DNA of 64,000 nucleotides from Promethearchaeia archaeon (lineage in GTDB: Archaea > Asgardarchaeota > Lokiarchaeia > Sigyniarchaeales > SOKP01), in assembly GCA_029856145.1 (NCBI GenBank), contig JAHQWK010000004.1, positions 32,001 to 96,000 on the forward strand, written 5' to 3'. The notes under the pieces were generated by a model. That model ran no database searches. It saw only the letters and a program-made list of their open reading frames with translations, and was not told the origin of the DNA. Position numbers and translations under genes: made by a program. This document shows positions 47,021 to 57,208 of this stretch, piece by piece. The first letter of the stretch is position 1. Each line of letters opens with the position of its first letter.

Positions 47021-47334
47021 TTAGATAATAAAAATCCAATAACTTAAGAAAGTTATTGTTCTTTTTTTAATTTGTTTGTCTCGGGTAAATCTTTTCCTTT
47101 TGTTATAGCTTTTGTAATAATTTTTTTTTGCAATGAAATAATCACTAAGAACTTCAAAAGATTCTTTAATTACTTTCTTGGCTTTATCGACCTCTTTACC
47201 CATAAAACTCACACTTAAATAAGACATATTTTAAATAAATTTCCTCATAATTTCGGCTGAAAAGCTATAATAAATAAATTAACAATTTGTCTATCATCAC
47301 CTTCTTTATAATGCCAAGATATGATATTTTCCAT
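47021..47334 (-). pseudogene. Possible decayed gene remnant
   Basis: 29-codon fragment MENIISWHYKEGDDRQIVNLFIIAF (47245-47334) resembles GNAT N-termini; followed by a short out-of-frame ORF (47021-47227). Confidence 0.3.
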
Positions 47335-47450
47335 TAGATCATATCTTCTTTTTCATTTTTTTTTATTATTACAAATTAGGAAAAATTAGCTTTTTTAAGC
47401 AAGATTACTATACTTAAATAGATAAATAATATAAAAATAGATTGAGTTAG

Positions 47451-47804
47451 ATGAGTGAAAGAATAACTGAAATTCTCGATAGTTTGAAGGCGATAAAAGG
47501 GGTTCATGGAGCAGCCCTAATTGAGAAATTTGGATTAATAAAAGGAAGTGCATTACCAGGATGGGTAGATCCTGAGGCAGTGGCGGCGATGGTTACTCTG
47601 ATTCTTAAAGCTAGCCAAAGAGCAACTAAAGAGTTAGAACAAGGTCAATTTTACAGTGCAATTATCGAATCTGAAAAAGGTAAAATACTTTTTAGTGAAA
47701 TTAAAGGAAATATTTTGACTATAATCACAACTCGTGAAGCAAAATTAGGCATAATTAATTTAAAATTAGACGCTGCTAGTACAGCACTTGATACATTGAT
47801 TTAA
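47451..47804 (+). CDS. Roadblock/LC7 (MglB-like) protein
   Basis: GV.GAALI...GLI, AVAAM, ELEQG, IIESEKGKI, AKLGII. Confidence 0.9.
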   Translation: MSERITEILDSLKAIKGVHGAALIEKFGLIKGSALPGWVDPEAVAAMVTLILKASQRATKELEQGQFYSAIIESEKGKILFSEIKGNILTIITTREAKLGIINLKLDAASTALDTLI

Positions 47805-47834
47805 TTTTTTTATTCTTTTTTAAAAACATTCTTA

Positions 47835-49301
47835 TTAAATTATTCCTTTTTCTTTTAGAAGATGAACCATTATTGCTCGAGTTATATGAGGGTCAGCTTG
47901 TCCCCTCGTCTTACCCATAACTCTTCCTATTAGTGCTTCTATTGCTTTTGGATTTTCTCGACAATCTTTTACAATCTTAGGATTTGCATCAATTACTTCA
48001 TTACTGAAATTTACAAGGAGTTTTTCATCAGAAATTCTTTTTTTACCCTTCTTTTCAAGAATCTCATGAATTGAAAATCCATTCATCATATCGTTTATAA
48101 TACTTTTAGCAATTTTGGTTGTAATTTTTCCTTCATTAATATATTTAATTAAATCAACTATTTGGTGTGTGTGAAGTTTTGTATCTTTTAATACTTTGTT
48201 ATGCTCGTTTAACCATCTTAAAATATCATTCATTAACCAATTACAATATTGTTTATACTCATTCGGGCCGAATAAAGCCTCAGAATTTACACCATCTTCG
48301 TAGAAATCTGCAATGTCTTTCTCTAAAACTAAATTATCAGAATCAAATTCAGATAAATAGTAATCTCTACGAAGTCTTACAGATCTTTCATTTGGCATTT
48401 CAGGTAATTCATTTTTAACTTTCTGAATAAAATCATTATCAATTTCTATTGGAACTAAATCCTGTTCCGGAAAATAACGATAATCTGCTTCAAATTCCTT
48501 TGTTCGTAGGGAAATTGTGATTCTTCTTTTATCATCCCAATGTCTCGTTTCTTGAATTAGCGGTTTTCCTCTTTTGAGTAGATTTTTTTGCCTGATAATT
48601 TCATGCCTTAAAGCTCGTTCAACTTCCTTAAAACTATTAATGTTTTTTACTTCACTACGTTCATATCCCTTTATTGATATATTTGCATCTACTCTAACTG
48701 AACCTTCAAGATCAAGATTTGAAATCCCTGAATACTGAACAATTGATTTTAGCTGTTTTAACAATTCTCGAGCTTCTTCTGGTGAGCTAATTACTGGTTC
48801 AGTGACAATTTCTATTAAACAAACTCCTGATCTATTATAATCTACAAGGGTATAAGGTGAAGTTGCGATACTTCCTTTGTGAACTAATCTTGCTGGATCT
48901 TCTTCTAAATGAATTCGATTAAGAATTATATCTTTTTTGTGAGAATTTAATTTAATGGTAATTTTCCCCCCATCTGCAAAAGCTCTTCCTCCCGCTTTAT
49001 TGTATTGGCTTATTTGAAAGCCTTTAGCTAAGTCTACGTAGAAATACTGTTTTCTGAAGAACCAAAACTTTTGATTTATTTTACAATTTAATACTATTGC
49101 CAATCTTGTAGCAAATTCAATTACTTTTTTATTAACTACAGGAAGCGATCCTGGCAGCCCTATGCAAATAGGACATACATATGAATTTGGTACTGCACCT
49201 CGATAATCATTACTACAGCTACAAAAAAGTTTTGTTTTGAGATTGGACAATTGAATATGAACTTCTAATCCAATCATCACTTCATTACTCTCACTACTCA
49301 A
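47835..49301 (-). CDS. gatB: Asp/Glu-tRNA amidotransferase subunit B
   Basis: IGLEVH.QL, GLPGSLP, RKQYFY.DL.KG.QISQY, DYNRSG, E.KNINS, DYRYFPE; TTG 49301 follows SD GGAGG. Confidence 0.96.
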   Translation of the reverse strand: MSSESNEVMIGLEVHIQLSNLKTKLFCSCSNDYRGAVPNSYVCPICIGLPGSLPVVNKKVIEFATRLAIVLNCKINQKFWFFRKQYFYVDLAKGFQISQYNKAGGRAFADGGKITIKLNSHKKDIILNRIHLEEDPARLVHKGSIATSPYTLVDYNRSGVCLIEIVTEPVISSPEEARELLKQLKSIVQYSGISNLDLEGSVRVDANISIKGYERSEVKNINSFKEVERALRHEIIRQKNLLKRGKPLIQETRHWDDKRRITISLRTKEFEADYRYFPEQDLVPIEIDNDFIQKVKNELPEMPNERSVRLRRDYYLSEFDSDNLVLEKDIADFYEDGVNSEALFGPNEYKQYCNWLMNDILRWLNEHNKVLKDTKLHTHQIVDLIKYINEGKITTKIAKSIINDMMNGFSIHEILEKKGKKRISDEKLLVNFSNEVIDANPKIVKDCRENPKAIEALIGRVMGKTRGQADPHITRAIMVHLLKEKGII

Positions 49302-49302
49302 A

Positions 49303-50784
49303 TCATTTACCTCCTTTTGTAACTGGGGCAATTTTACGATAAATGTTTAGATCTTGTTCTAATTGGTATCCAATATTAAGGATTCCCTTCTCATCAAAAT
49401 AATCTCCAATAATTTGAAACCCGATAGGTAAATCATTACTATCAAAACCACATGGGATTGACAATGCAGGGATACCAGCTAAGTTAACAGGACATGTTAA
49501 AATGTCTGCTATATACATCTGTAAAGGATCATCAATAAATTCTCCAATTTGAAAAGCTGTGGAAGGCATTGTTGGACAAACAATAGAGTCACATTTTTTA
49601 AAAGCCTCAACAAAATCATTCTTTATTAACGATCGAACTTTAAGAGCCTTGATATAGAACATATTGTAATACCCTGCAGATAACGCAAAGGTACCTAAAA
49701 AAATTCTTCTTCGTACTTCTGGTCCAAATTTCTCACCCCTTGTTCTACTAAAGACATCATATACATCGCCAGAAAGATTATCACTCATATTACCATATCT
49801 TAAACCATCATATCTCGCTAAATTTGAGCTTGCTTCACTCATGCACAATAAATAGTAAGTAGCTACAGTATATTCAAGATGAGGTATTGAGATGTCTATA
49901 GTTTTTGCTCCTAAACGCTCTAATTTATCAATAGCTTTTCTTACGGCACTCTCTACCTCATTATCAATACCTTCGCCAAAAAATTCCATTGGCACTCCTA
50001 TAATCTTTTTATCAATTGGTTTTTTTAATTCTTCAGTATAATTATCTATTTTCATATCTACTGAAGTAGAATCAAGTAGATCTTTTCCTGATATAATCTC
50101 AAGCATTAATGCTGAATCGTAAACACATTTAGTAATTGTACCAATCTGATCTAATGAATTAGCGAAGGCTACCAATCCATACCTAGATACTCTTCCATAT
50201 GTGGGCTTCAATCCAACGGTTCCACAAAATGCAGCAGGGCATCGAATACTTCCCCCAGTGTCACTCCCCAAAGATAATATAGCTTGTCCTGATGCGATAC
50301 TGGCTGCAGAACCACCACTAGATCCCCCCGGAACTCTTGAAATATCCCATGGATTATAAGTAGGGCCATAACAGCTATTTTCTGTAGAACTCCCCATTGC
50401 AAATTCATCCATATTAGTATTACCTATATGAATTGCTCCTTCATGTTTAACTAAGCGATCAATCACAAATGCATTATAAGGAGGGTGATAGTCATGTAAA
50501 ATTTTTGAACCGCAAGTTGTTGGAAAATTTTTAACGCAAATAAGATCCTTATTTGCTAACGGTAGTCCATAAAGGCGACCTATTTTTTTATCTTCTTTTA
50601 AATCTTTATCAAGTGATTTGGCTTCTTCCAAAGCTTTTTCTTTAGATAAATTAACAAATGAATGTAAAATAAGCTCAGTTTCTTCTATTCTCTCAAAACA
50701 AGTTTCAGCTAATTCTAGAATTGAAATTTCTTTATTTCTAATCTTTTCAATTAATTCATATGCCATGAATTCATAGAGTTTCAT
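49303..50784 (-). CDS. gatA: Amidotransferase subunit A
   Basis: KD, NMDEFAMGSSTE, PGGSSGGS, GSDTGGSIR, SSNLARYDG.RYG, EVRRRI.LG. Confidence 0.96.
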   Translation of the reverse strand: MKLYEFMAYELIEKIRNKEISILELAETCFERIEETELILHSFVNLSKEKALEEAKSLDKDLKEDKKIGRLYGLPLANKDLICVKNFPTTCGSKILHDYHPPYNAFVIDRLVKHEGAIHIGNTNMDEFAMGSSTENSCYGPTYNPWDISRVPGGSSGGSAASIASGQAILSLGSDTGGSIRCPAAFCGTVGLKPTYGRVSRYGLVAFANSLDQIGTITKCVYDSALMLEIISGKDLLDSTSVDMKIDNYTEELKKPIDKKIIGVPMEFFGEGIDNEVESAVRKAIDKLERLGAKTIDISIPHLEYTVATYYLLCMSEASSNLARYDGLRYGNMSDNLSGDVYDVFSRTRGEKFGPEVRRRIFLGTFALSAGYYNMFYIKALKVRSLIKNDFVEAFKKCDSIVCPTMPSTAFQIGEFIDDPLQMYIADILTCPVNLAGIPALSIPCGFDSNDLPIGFQIIGDYFDEKGILNIGYQLEQDLNIYRKIAPVTKGGK

Positions 50785-50937
50785 AAGAACCGAGCTAAAA
50801 ATGTGAATTTATTTAAGAGAAATCATTGCTAATTTCTTAATTCAATTAAAGGCTTGACTTCTAAAAAATCTCACTATAATTATCTTATGTTTATCGAAAT
50901 ATTAAGAATAAAAGCCTTAAAAATCTTAATTTCTTTC

Positions 50938-52239
50938 TTAAGGTGCTTTTCTTAGCATAGTCCTAGGGAAAGGAATGGCATCTTTTATGTTATCTATTCC
51001 ACATAGCCACATAATAACTCTTTCAACACCAACACCATAACCTGAATGAGGAACACTGCCATACTTTCTTAATTCAAAATACCAATCATAATTTTTTGGG
51101 TCTTCTCCATCAGCTTCTAATCTTTTTATCATATCATCAACTAACAGACTTCTTTCTGACCCACCAATAATCTCACAATATCCCTCTGGAGCTAACATGT
51201 CAAAACATAATGCCTCTTTAGGATTTTCTTCACTGGGTGGTTTATAAAAACCCATAATTTCTGTAGGATAATGAGTTACCACTACCGGAACTTTGAAATG
51301 ATCTGCTATTTTTGCTTCTTCAATAGTCCTTAAATCCTTACCCCAAGGCACATTCATTTTATATTTAGTATTGAGTATTTCTAAAGCTTCTGAGTATTTT
51401 ATTGTAGGATATTCTGCTTCTGCATAATGCTCTATTAAATTAATTTCTCTCTCTAAGATTCCAAGTTCTTTTCTATTATATTTTAAAACCTGTTTGACAA
51501 TAAATCTGATTTCATTTTTAGCAACTTCAGTCACTTCATCCAATTTAATCCATGCCGCTTCCATTTCAGCCATCCAGAATTCTGATAAATGTCTTGATGT
51601 TTTTGATTTTTCTGCTCTAAACGTTGGCCCCATATTGTAAATTTTACCTAATGAAAAAATACCTGCTTCAGCATATAATTGCCATGTTTGACTAAGATAC
51701 GTTATATCGTCAAAATATTTCACCTCAAATAGGGTAGCTCCACCTTCGGATTGGCTGGGTTGGAAAATAGGTGCATCAAATTCATAATAACCATGACTTC
51801 TAAAAAATTCATGTATCGCTCCAACAACTGTATGCCGGATTTTTAGAATTGCATTTAATTTTCTTGATCTTATCCATAGATGTCTATTATCATATAAAAG
51901 CTCTGGTGATTGATGTTCTGTAATTGGAAACGGTTCAGCTATTTGAACGATTTGTAAATCTGACACAGAAACCTCATAACCAGTTGGAGCTCTTTCATCC
52001 TCCTTTAGATCCCCTGAAACTTTAACTGAAGATTCAATTGTTAACTTTTCAGCTTTCTCAAAGATCTCTGGGTTCTTATCGTTAGATATTACGCATTGTA
52101 TTATGTCAGATTCATCCCTCAACACAATAAATACAAATTTATTGGATTTTCTTTCTCGATATACCCAACCTCTTAAATTTACATTAGTAGAACCACTCTT
52201 GAGAGCCTCTTCAATTGTTGTATATTTTGATTCCTTCAT
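50938..52239 (-). CDS. asnS: Asparagine--tRNA ligase
   Basis: LRGWV, QLYAE, FRAEKS.T.RHLSEFWMAE.E, EIIGGSER, YGSVPHSG; AsnRS-type rather than AspRS-type motifs. Confidence 0.92.
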   Translation of the reverse strand: MKESKYTTIEEALKSGSTNVNLRGWVYRERKSNKFVFIVLRDESDIIQCVISNDKNPEIFEKAEKLTIESSVKVSGDLKEDERAPTGYEVSVSDLQIVQIAEPFPITEHQSPELLYDNRHLWIRSRKLNAILKIRHTVVGAIHEFFRSHGYYEFDAPIFQPSQSEGGATLFEVKYFDDITYLSQTWQLYAEAGIFSLGKIYNMGPTFRAEKSKTSRHLSEFWMAEMEAAWIKLDEVTEVAKNEIRFIVKQVLKYNRKELGILEREINLIEHYAEAEYPTIKYSEALEILNTKYKMNVPWGKDLRTIEEAKIADHFKVPVVVTHYPTEIMGFYKPPSEENPKEALCFDMLAPEGYCEIIGGSERSLLVDDMIKRLEADGEDPKNYDWYFELRKYGSVPHSGYGVGVERVIMWLCGIDNIKDAIPFPRTMLRKAP

Positions 52240-52379
52240 TTTCTAATAAAAAGCATAGTTTACAATTAATATGTTTTAGTTAGTTATTGAATTCTAAAAA
52301 ATTTGACTGAATTATTATATACTGAGATATGATTTTAAATAATAAAAGAAGATTATGTTCATAAAATGGATGTTTTGAA

Positions 52380-53144
52380 ATGAAAAAAAAAATAGATGTT
52401 TTAGAATATCTAGATGGTCGACACTATGATAGCAAGGTTAAAAGTAGGAAGAGATACGACGACATCACTTTTTATATAAATAAAGTGATAGATTATGGGG
52501 AACCCGTCCTTGAACTAGCGTGTGGAACAGGAAGGGTTACAATTCCAATAGCAAAAAAAGGGATATCAATAACCGGATTAGATCTTTTAAATACAATGCT
52601 AACAGAAGCAAAAAGAAAATCAAAAGAAACTGGAGTAGAAATTGAATGGATAGAAGCAGATATGACTAATTTTAATCTAAATAAAAAATTTAATCTTATT
52701 CTAATGCCGGGATGTGCATTTAATTGGTTTTTAGATTTAAAAAGCGTCGAAAAATATCTAATCTGTGTAAAAAGGCATCTAAATCCTAATGGTGGTTTAA
52801 TTTTTGATGCATTTAACCCTGACTTAAATCTATTAGTAAGAGATCCATCAAAAACTTACCCCAACGCAAAATATCAAGACCCTGATGGAGGGGGGTTAAT
52901 TATTGTAAGTGAGAATACCAAATATGATAAAGCTACTCAAATCAATAAAGTTAGATTATCGTATTCTATATCAGATAAAACGATCACTAACGAACTAAAA
53001 TTGAGAATATTTTTTCCACAAGAGTTAGATGCTATACTCAAATATAATGGATTTGAAATCAATGCAAAATATGGTGATTTTGATCAAACTCCTTTCATTT
53101 CAGATTCAAGACGTCAGATTCTTGTTTGTCAGGTAAAACAATAA
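52380..53144 (+). CDS. Class I SAM-dependent methyltransferase
   Basis: VLELACGTGR, GLD, ADM, HL.P.G. Confidence 0.9.
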   Translation: MKKKIDVLEYLDGRHYDSKVKSRKRYDDITFYINKVIDYGEPVLELACGTGRVTIPIAKKGISITGLDLLNTMLTEAKRKSKETGVEIEWIEADMTNFNLNKKFNLILMPGCAFNWFLDLKSVEKYLICVKRHLNPNGGLIFDAFNPDLNLLVRDPSKTYPNAKYQDPDGGGLIIVSENTKYDKATQINKVRLSYSISDKTITNELKLRIFFPQELDAILKYNGFEINAKYGDFDQTPFISDSRRQILVCQVKQ

Positions 53145-53159
53145 AAAAGAAATTAAAAA

Positions 53160-53945
53160 CTAATCTTCTTCTTGTTTTTTAAGAAGATATTTGGAGAAGA
53201 TATTCATATAAAGACACTCTTCTGGGGCCATTTCGGGAGTTAATTGAGGGCTTTCTGTAAACTCAACATTACTATTCCTTATTATAACTACTGGAGTTTG
53301 TTGATCAGCTTCACTTAATAGAAATTGAGCAGCACTCGCAAGATCATCTGCTACTGCTCTCATTGTTATCTCCATTGGTCTTTTAAAAAGATCTGGTTGA
53401 CCCCGCAGATCTTCGATGGGCTCAAATCCCGCAGTAGCTATAGCTATTCCAATAGTACCTTTTCTTAGAGGTTGAACTCTTGAATCAGCCATAATCACTC
53501 CAAAATTTTCTATTCCAAACTCTTTTCTTAATTCTTTCCAATAATTCCAAACGACTTCTTTTAGGTTATTTGGCAAGAGAACAACGTTTCCAATACCCGC
53601 ATTAGATTGATCGATTCCAGCATTAGCTATAAGAAAATCATTAACTTTTGCTAATATAACGTGTCTCATTCCTCCAAGAATCATAGAAGCTTCTTGTAAT
53701 ATCAATTCTATATACCTTTCATCCATATCATATTCTTTTGCTAACTTTTTAGCTCGATCCGAGATTTTTTTAATTTCGGACAGACTTATTACTCTTCCTT
53801 GAGACGTAGCAACTACTTTTTCAGCAATAACAATGATATCTCTCTCATTCAAGGATTTTCCTTGATCCTTAATAGTTTGAATAATAATCTCTAATAATGG
53901 ATCATTTTTCTTGATGAGAGGAAGTTTAATCGAAAATAACTCCAT
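53160..53945 (-). CDS. cofE: CofE-family gamma-glutamyl ligase
   Basis: VIAEKVV, ANAGIDQSN, DSR..PLR.G, D.RG..DLF, ADDLASAA, PVVIIR; start set at ATG 53945 to avoid overlap with folP. Confidence 0.85.
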   Translation of the reverse strand: MELFSIKLPLIKKNDPLLEIIIQTIKDQGKSLNERDIIVIAEKVVATSQGRVISLSEIKKISDRAKKLAKEYDMDERYIELILQEASMILGGMRHVILAKVNDFLIANAGIDQSNAGIGNVVLLPNNLKEVVWNYWKELRKEFGIENFGVIMADSRVQPLRKGTIGIAIATAGFEPIEDLRGQPDLFKRPMEITMRAVADDLASAAQFLLSEADQQTPVVIIRNSNVEFTESPQLTPEMAPEECLYMNIFSKYLLKKQEED

Positions 53946-53998
53946 AGCACATAATAGAATAATACTTATTTGATATATTTTTTTTTTATAAATAAGCA

Positions 53999-54862
53999 AT
54001 GAAGAAGATTTACACAAATTTATTTGATTTTTTAGAAATTGGTGATGAATTTCCCACTGTTATTATGGGAGTTATAAATCTGAGTCCAGAATCATTTTAT
54101 AAAGGCTCTGTTTATGAAAGTCCTAAAAAGATCAGAGAAGCTGTTTCTGAAATGATAAAAAATGGAGCTCAGATTTTGGATATTGGTGGTCGCTCTACTG
54201 CTCCGTGGTCTGAAAAGATCTCAATAGAAGAAGAAGTAAATCGCTTGAAAATTGCTATGGAAAATGTATGTGAAATCATTTCAGATAATATAATAATATC
54301 TGTGGATACGCAATATCGTAAGGTTGCAGAAGTTGCATTTGAAATAGCTACTAGAGCAAACAGAAAAATTATTATTAATGATGTAAGTTGCTTAAAAACA
54401 GATCCTTCTTTAGCAGATTTTATAACTGAAGAGGATCTTCCAATTATTATTATGGCTTCAAAAAAAGTTCCAGGAGATCTATGTACTATAGATGAAATTA
54501 TTGAGGAGTTTAATAATACTATTAAACATCTGAAAAAGAAAGGTTATGATGAAAATAAAATTATTTTAGACCCAGGAATAGGTCATTGGGTTGAGGAAAA
54601 GACGCATATATATGATTTAAAGATAATCGGGAATCTCCAGAAACTCAAAAAATTAAATAAAGCAATATTGGTAGCTATTTCAAGAAAATCCTTCATCGGC
54701 ACAACATTAAATATCCCCGATCCTGAAGATAGACTCAGCGGAACTCTTTCCGCAACAGCGATAGCAGTTTTTAATGGAGCTCATTTAGTTCGAACTCATG
54801 ATGTGAACAAAAGATTGATAGAAATATTAAAAATGGCTGAAGAAGTTCGAAGAAACAGATAA
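53999..54862 (+). CDS. folP: Dihydropteroate synthase
   Basis: MGVINLSPESF, DIGG.ST.P, ISVDT, INDVS, DPGIG, SRKSFIG, RTHDV. Confidence 0.93.
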   Translation: MKKIYTNLFDFLEIGDEFPTVIMGVINLSPESFYKGSVYESPKKIREAVSEMIKNGAQILDIGGRSTAPWSEKISIEEEVNRLKIAMENVCEIISDNIIISVDTQYRKVAEVAFEIATRANRKIIINDVSCLKTDPSLADFITEEDLPIIIMASKKVPGDLCTIDEIIEEFNNTIKHLKKKGYDENKIILDPGIGHWVEEKTHIYDLKIIGNLQKLKKLNKAILVAISRKSFIGTTLNIPDPEDRLSGTLSATAIAVFNGAHLVRTHDVNKRLIEILKMAEEVRRNR

Positions 54863-55148
54863 AAGTCGATTTTTTTGTATAAAAATTAGTATTAAAATTA
54901 GAGCCGATAAATTTAAAAAGAAAAAGAATTTGGATGTAATTCAAGAATCCGTTCATTTAATATACTAGTTCTTTCAAATAATCTAATTAAAATAAGAGTT
55001 TCCATTTTTGAAGGTCGAAAAAGTGGTGAAAAAGTCCACATATATTTAAATGTGTTAATTTCCTTCTTATATATGTATATCGATAAAATATCATGGTATT
55101 TTGAATATTTTTATGATAACAAACTAAAATATAAAAGCTTGTTCTCTC

Positions 55149-57173
55149 ATGGTTGATAACCCCTCTAATCAAGATTCTTATGATGCTGACGATATTAAGG
55201 TTTTGAAAGGTCTCGAAGGAGTAAGGAAGAGACCCGCAATGTACATAGGCTCAACCGGCAAAACAGGACTTCATCACCTTATTTTCGAAGTCTTAGATAA
55301 TTCTGTTGACGAAGCGATAGGAGGTTATGCAGATGAGATAAAAGTTACACTTTATAAAGATAACACAGTTCAAGTATTCGATAATGGACGCGGGATTCCA
55401 ATTGATATACACCCAGAATTTAAGAAACCTGCTGTAGAAGTAATCATGGAACATTTACATTCTGGTGGTAAGTTTGACAGTAAAAGTTATAAAATTTCAG
55501 GTGGTTTACATGGTGTTGGATTATCCGTTGTTAATGCTTTAGCAGATTGGATGAAAGTAGAAATTTGTCGAGACGGGAAAAACTACACACAGAAATTTTC
55601 AAAGGGGAAAAAAGCTTCAGAGCCAACAGTAGTAGAATCTAACACAAAGGAGTCATATACTAAGATACAATTTTACCCAGATAAAGAGATTTTTGAATTT
55701 GAGACAGAAGCTCCTATTTTTAATGCCCATACCATTAGTAATAGAATGCGTGAACTAGCCTTTCTTACACCTCATACTAGGTTTGAACTTCATGACAAAT
55801 TCAACGATGAAAAGGAAGAATTTCACTATGAAGGTGGCCTTAAAGAATTTATCTCGTATTTGAATAAAGATAGGCAGCCACTTCACAATGATATCATATT
55901 TATAAGTGATTCAAGTAAAGATCCGGATGGAAAAGATGTTTTTCTGGACCTCTCAATGCAATATACTCAAGGATACCAAACAAATATTTTAACATATGCA
56001 AATACGATCAACACTATTGAAGGCGGAGTACATCTCACTGGATTTAAATCTGCTCTAACAAGAACTTTTAATTCATATGTAGAAAATTTTATGGAAAAAA
56101 AGTATAAAGGACACGTTTTAAGTGGAGCTGATACAAGAGAAGGCTTATCAGCTGTCATCTCCGTTAAACTTCCTGATCCTCAATTTGAAAGTCAAACTAA
56201 AATTAAGTTAGGTAATCCTGAAATTAGACAGATTATAAGCCAAATTGTCACTGATCGATTGAATCAGTATTTAGAGGAGCATCCACAGACCGCTAAAAAA
56301 ATTATATTAAAAACAATCAATGCAAAAATAGCGAGAGAAGCAGCTCAAAAAGCAAGGTCGCTAATTCGAAGGAAATCAATATTAGATAGTGCTAGGATGC
56401 CTGGAAAACTAGCCGATTGTTCATCAAATGAACCAGAAAAAGTAGAAATTTTCATTGTGGAAGGTGATTCAGCAGGGGGACCTGCAAAACAAGGTAGAGA
56501 TAGAACTTATCAAGCGATCCTTCCCATTAGAGGCAAAATTCTCAATGTTGAAAAAGCTAGAATAGATAAAGTATTACAAAACAACGAAATTCAAGCTATT
56601 ATAAAAGCTTTGGGAGTCGGATTTCAAGATTCCAGTCAAATGAATGGAACAAATGGTGAATTAGAAGAAAATGGAGAAGAAACTGAAGAAAACTTCAATT
56701 TAAGTAAACTACGATATCATAAAGTAATAATCATGTGCGATGCAGACATTGACGGTTTTCACATTGAAACGTTATTACTTACTTTCTTTTTTAGATACTT
56801 AAGACCTTTAATAGACGCGGGTCATTTATATATTGCTGTACCTCCTTTATTTAAAGTTTCTTATAAAACGACAAAAGAATATGTGTATTCAGATAATCAG
56901 AAAGAGAATTTACTTAAAAGTATCAAGGAAAAATACAAATTAAAGAATATGGATTCTATTAAAACTCAGCGCTATAAAGGGCTTGGGGAAATGAATGCAG
57001 ATGAACTTTATGATAATACAATGAAAAAAGACTCAAGAAGATTGAAAAAAGTAACATATGAAAACTATCTCGAAAATGATTTAATCTTTACAAAATTAAT
57101 GGGTAAAGAAGTAAAAGCCCGCAAAAAGTTCATTATTAGTAATTTTGATGAAGTTAAAACATTAGATATTTAA
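55149..57173 (+). CDS. gyrB: DNA gyrase subunit B
   Basis: VRKRPAMYIG, EVLDNSVDE, DNGRGIP, GGLHGVG, EGDSA, PIRGKILN, DADIDG, QRYKGLGEM. Confidence 0.97.
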   Translation: MVDNPSNQDSYDADDIKVLKGLEGVRKRPAMYIGSTGKTGLHHLIFEVLDNSVDEAIGGYADEIKVTLYKDNTVQVFDNGRGIPIDIHPEFKKPAVEVIMEHLHSGGKFDSKSYKISGGLHGVGLSVVNALADWMKVEICRDGKNYTQKFSKGKKASEPTVVESNTKESYTKIQFYPDKEIFEFETEAPIFNAHTISNRMRELAFLTPHTRFELHDKFNDEKEEFHYEGGLKEFISYLNKDRQPLHNDIIFISDSSKDPDGKDVFLDLSMQYTQGYQTNILTYANTINTIEGGVHLTGFKSALTRTFNSYVENFMEKKYKGHVLSGADTREGLSAVISVKLPDPQFESQTKIKLGNPEIRQIISQIVTDRLNQYLEEHPQTAKKIILKTINAKIAREAAQKARSLIRRKSILDSARMPGKLADCSSNEPEKVEIFIVEGDSAGGPAKQGRDRTYQAILPIRGKILNVEKARIDKVLQNNEIQAIIKALGVGFQDSSQMNGTNGELEENGEETEENFNLSKLRYHKVIIMCDADIDGFHIETLLLTFFFRYLRPLIDAGHLYIAVPPLFKVSYKTTKEYVYSDNQKENLLKSIKEKYKLKNMDSIKTQRYKGLGEMNADELYDNTMKKDSRRLKKVTYENYLENDLIFTKLMGKEVKARKKFIISNFDEVKTLDI

Positions 57174-57208
57174 TTCTTACCTATTAAATTATAATAATTG
57201 AAATATAA

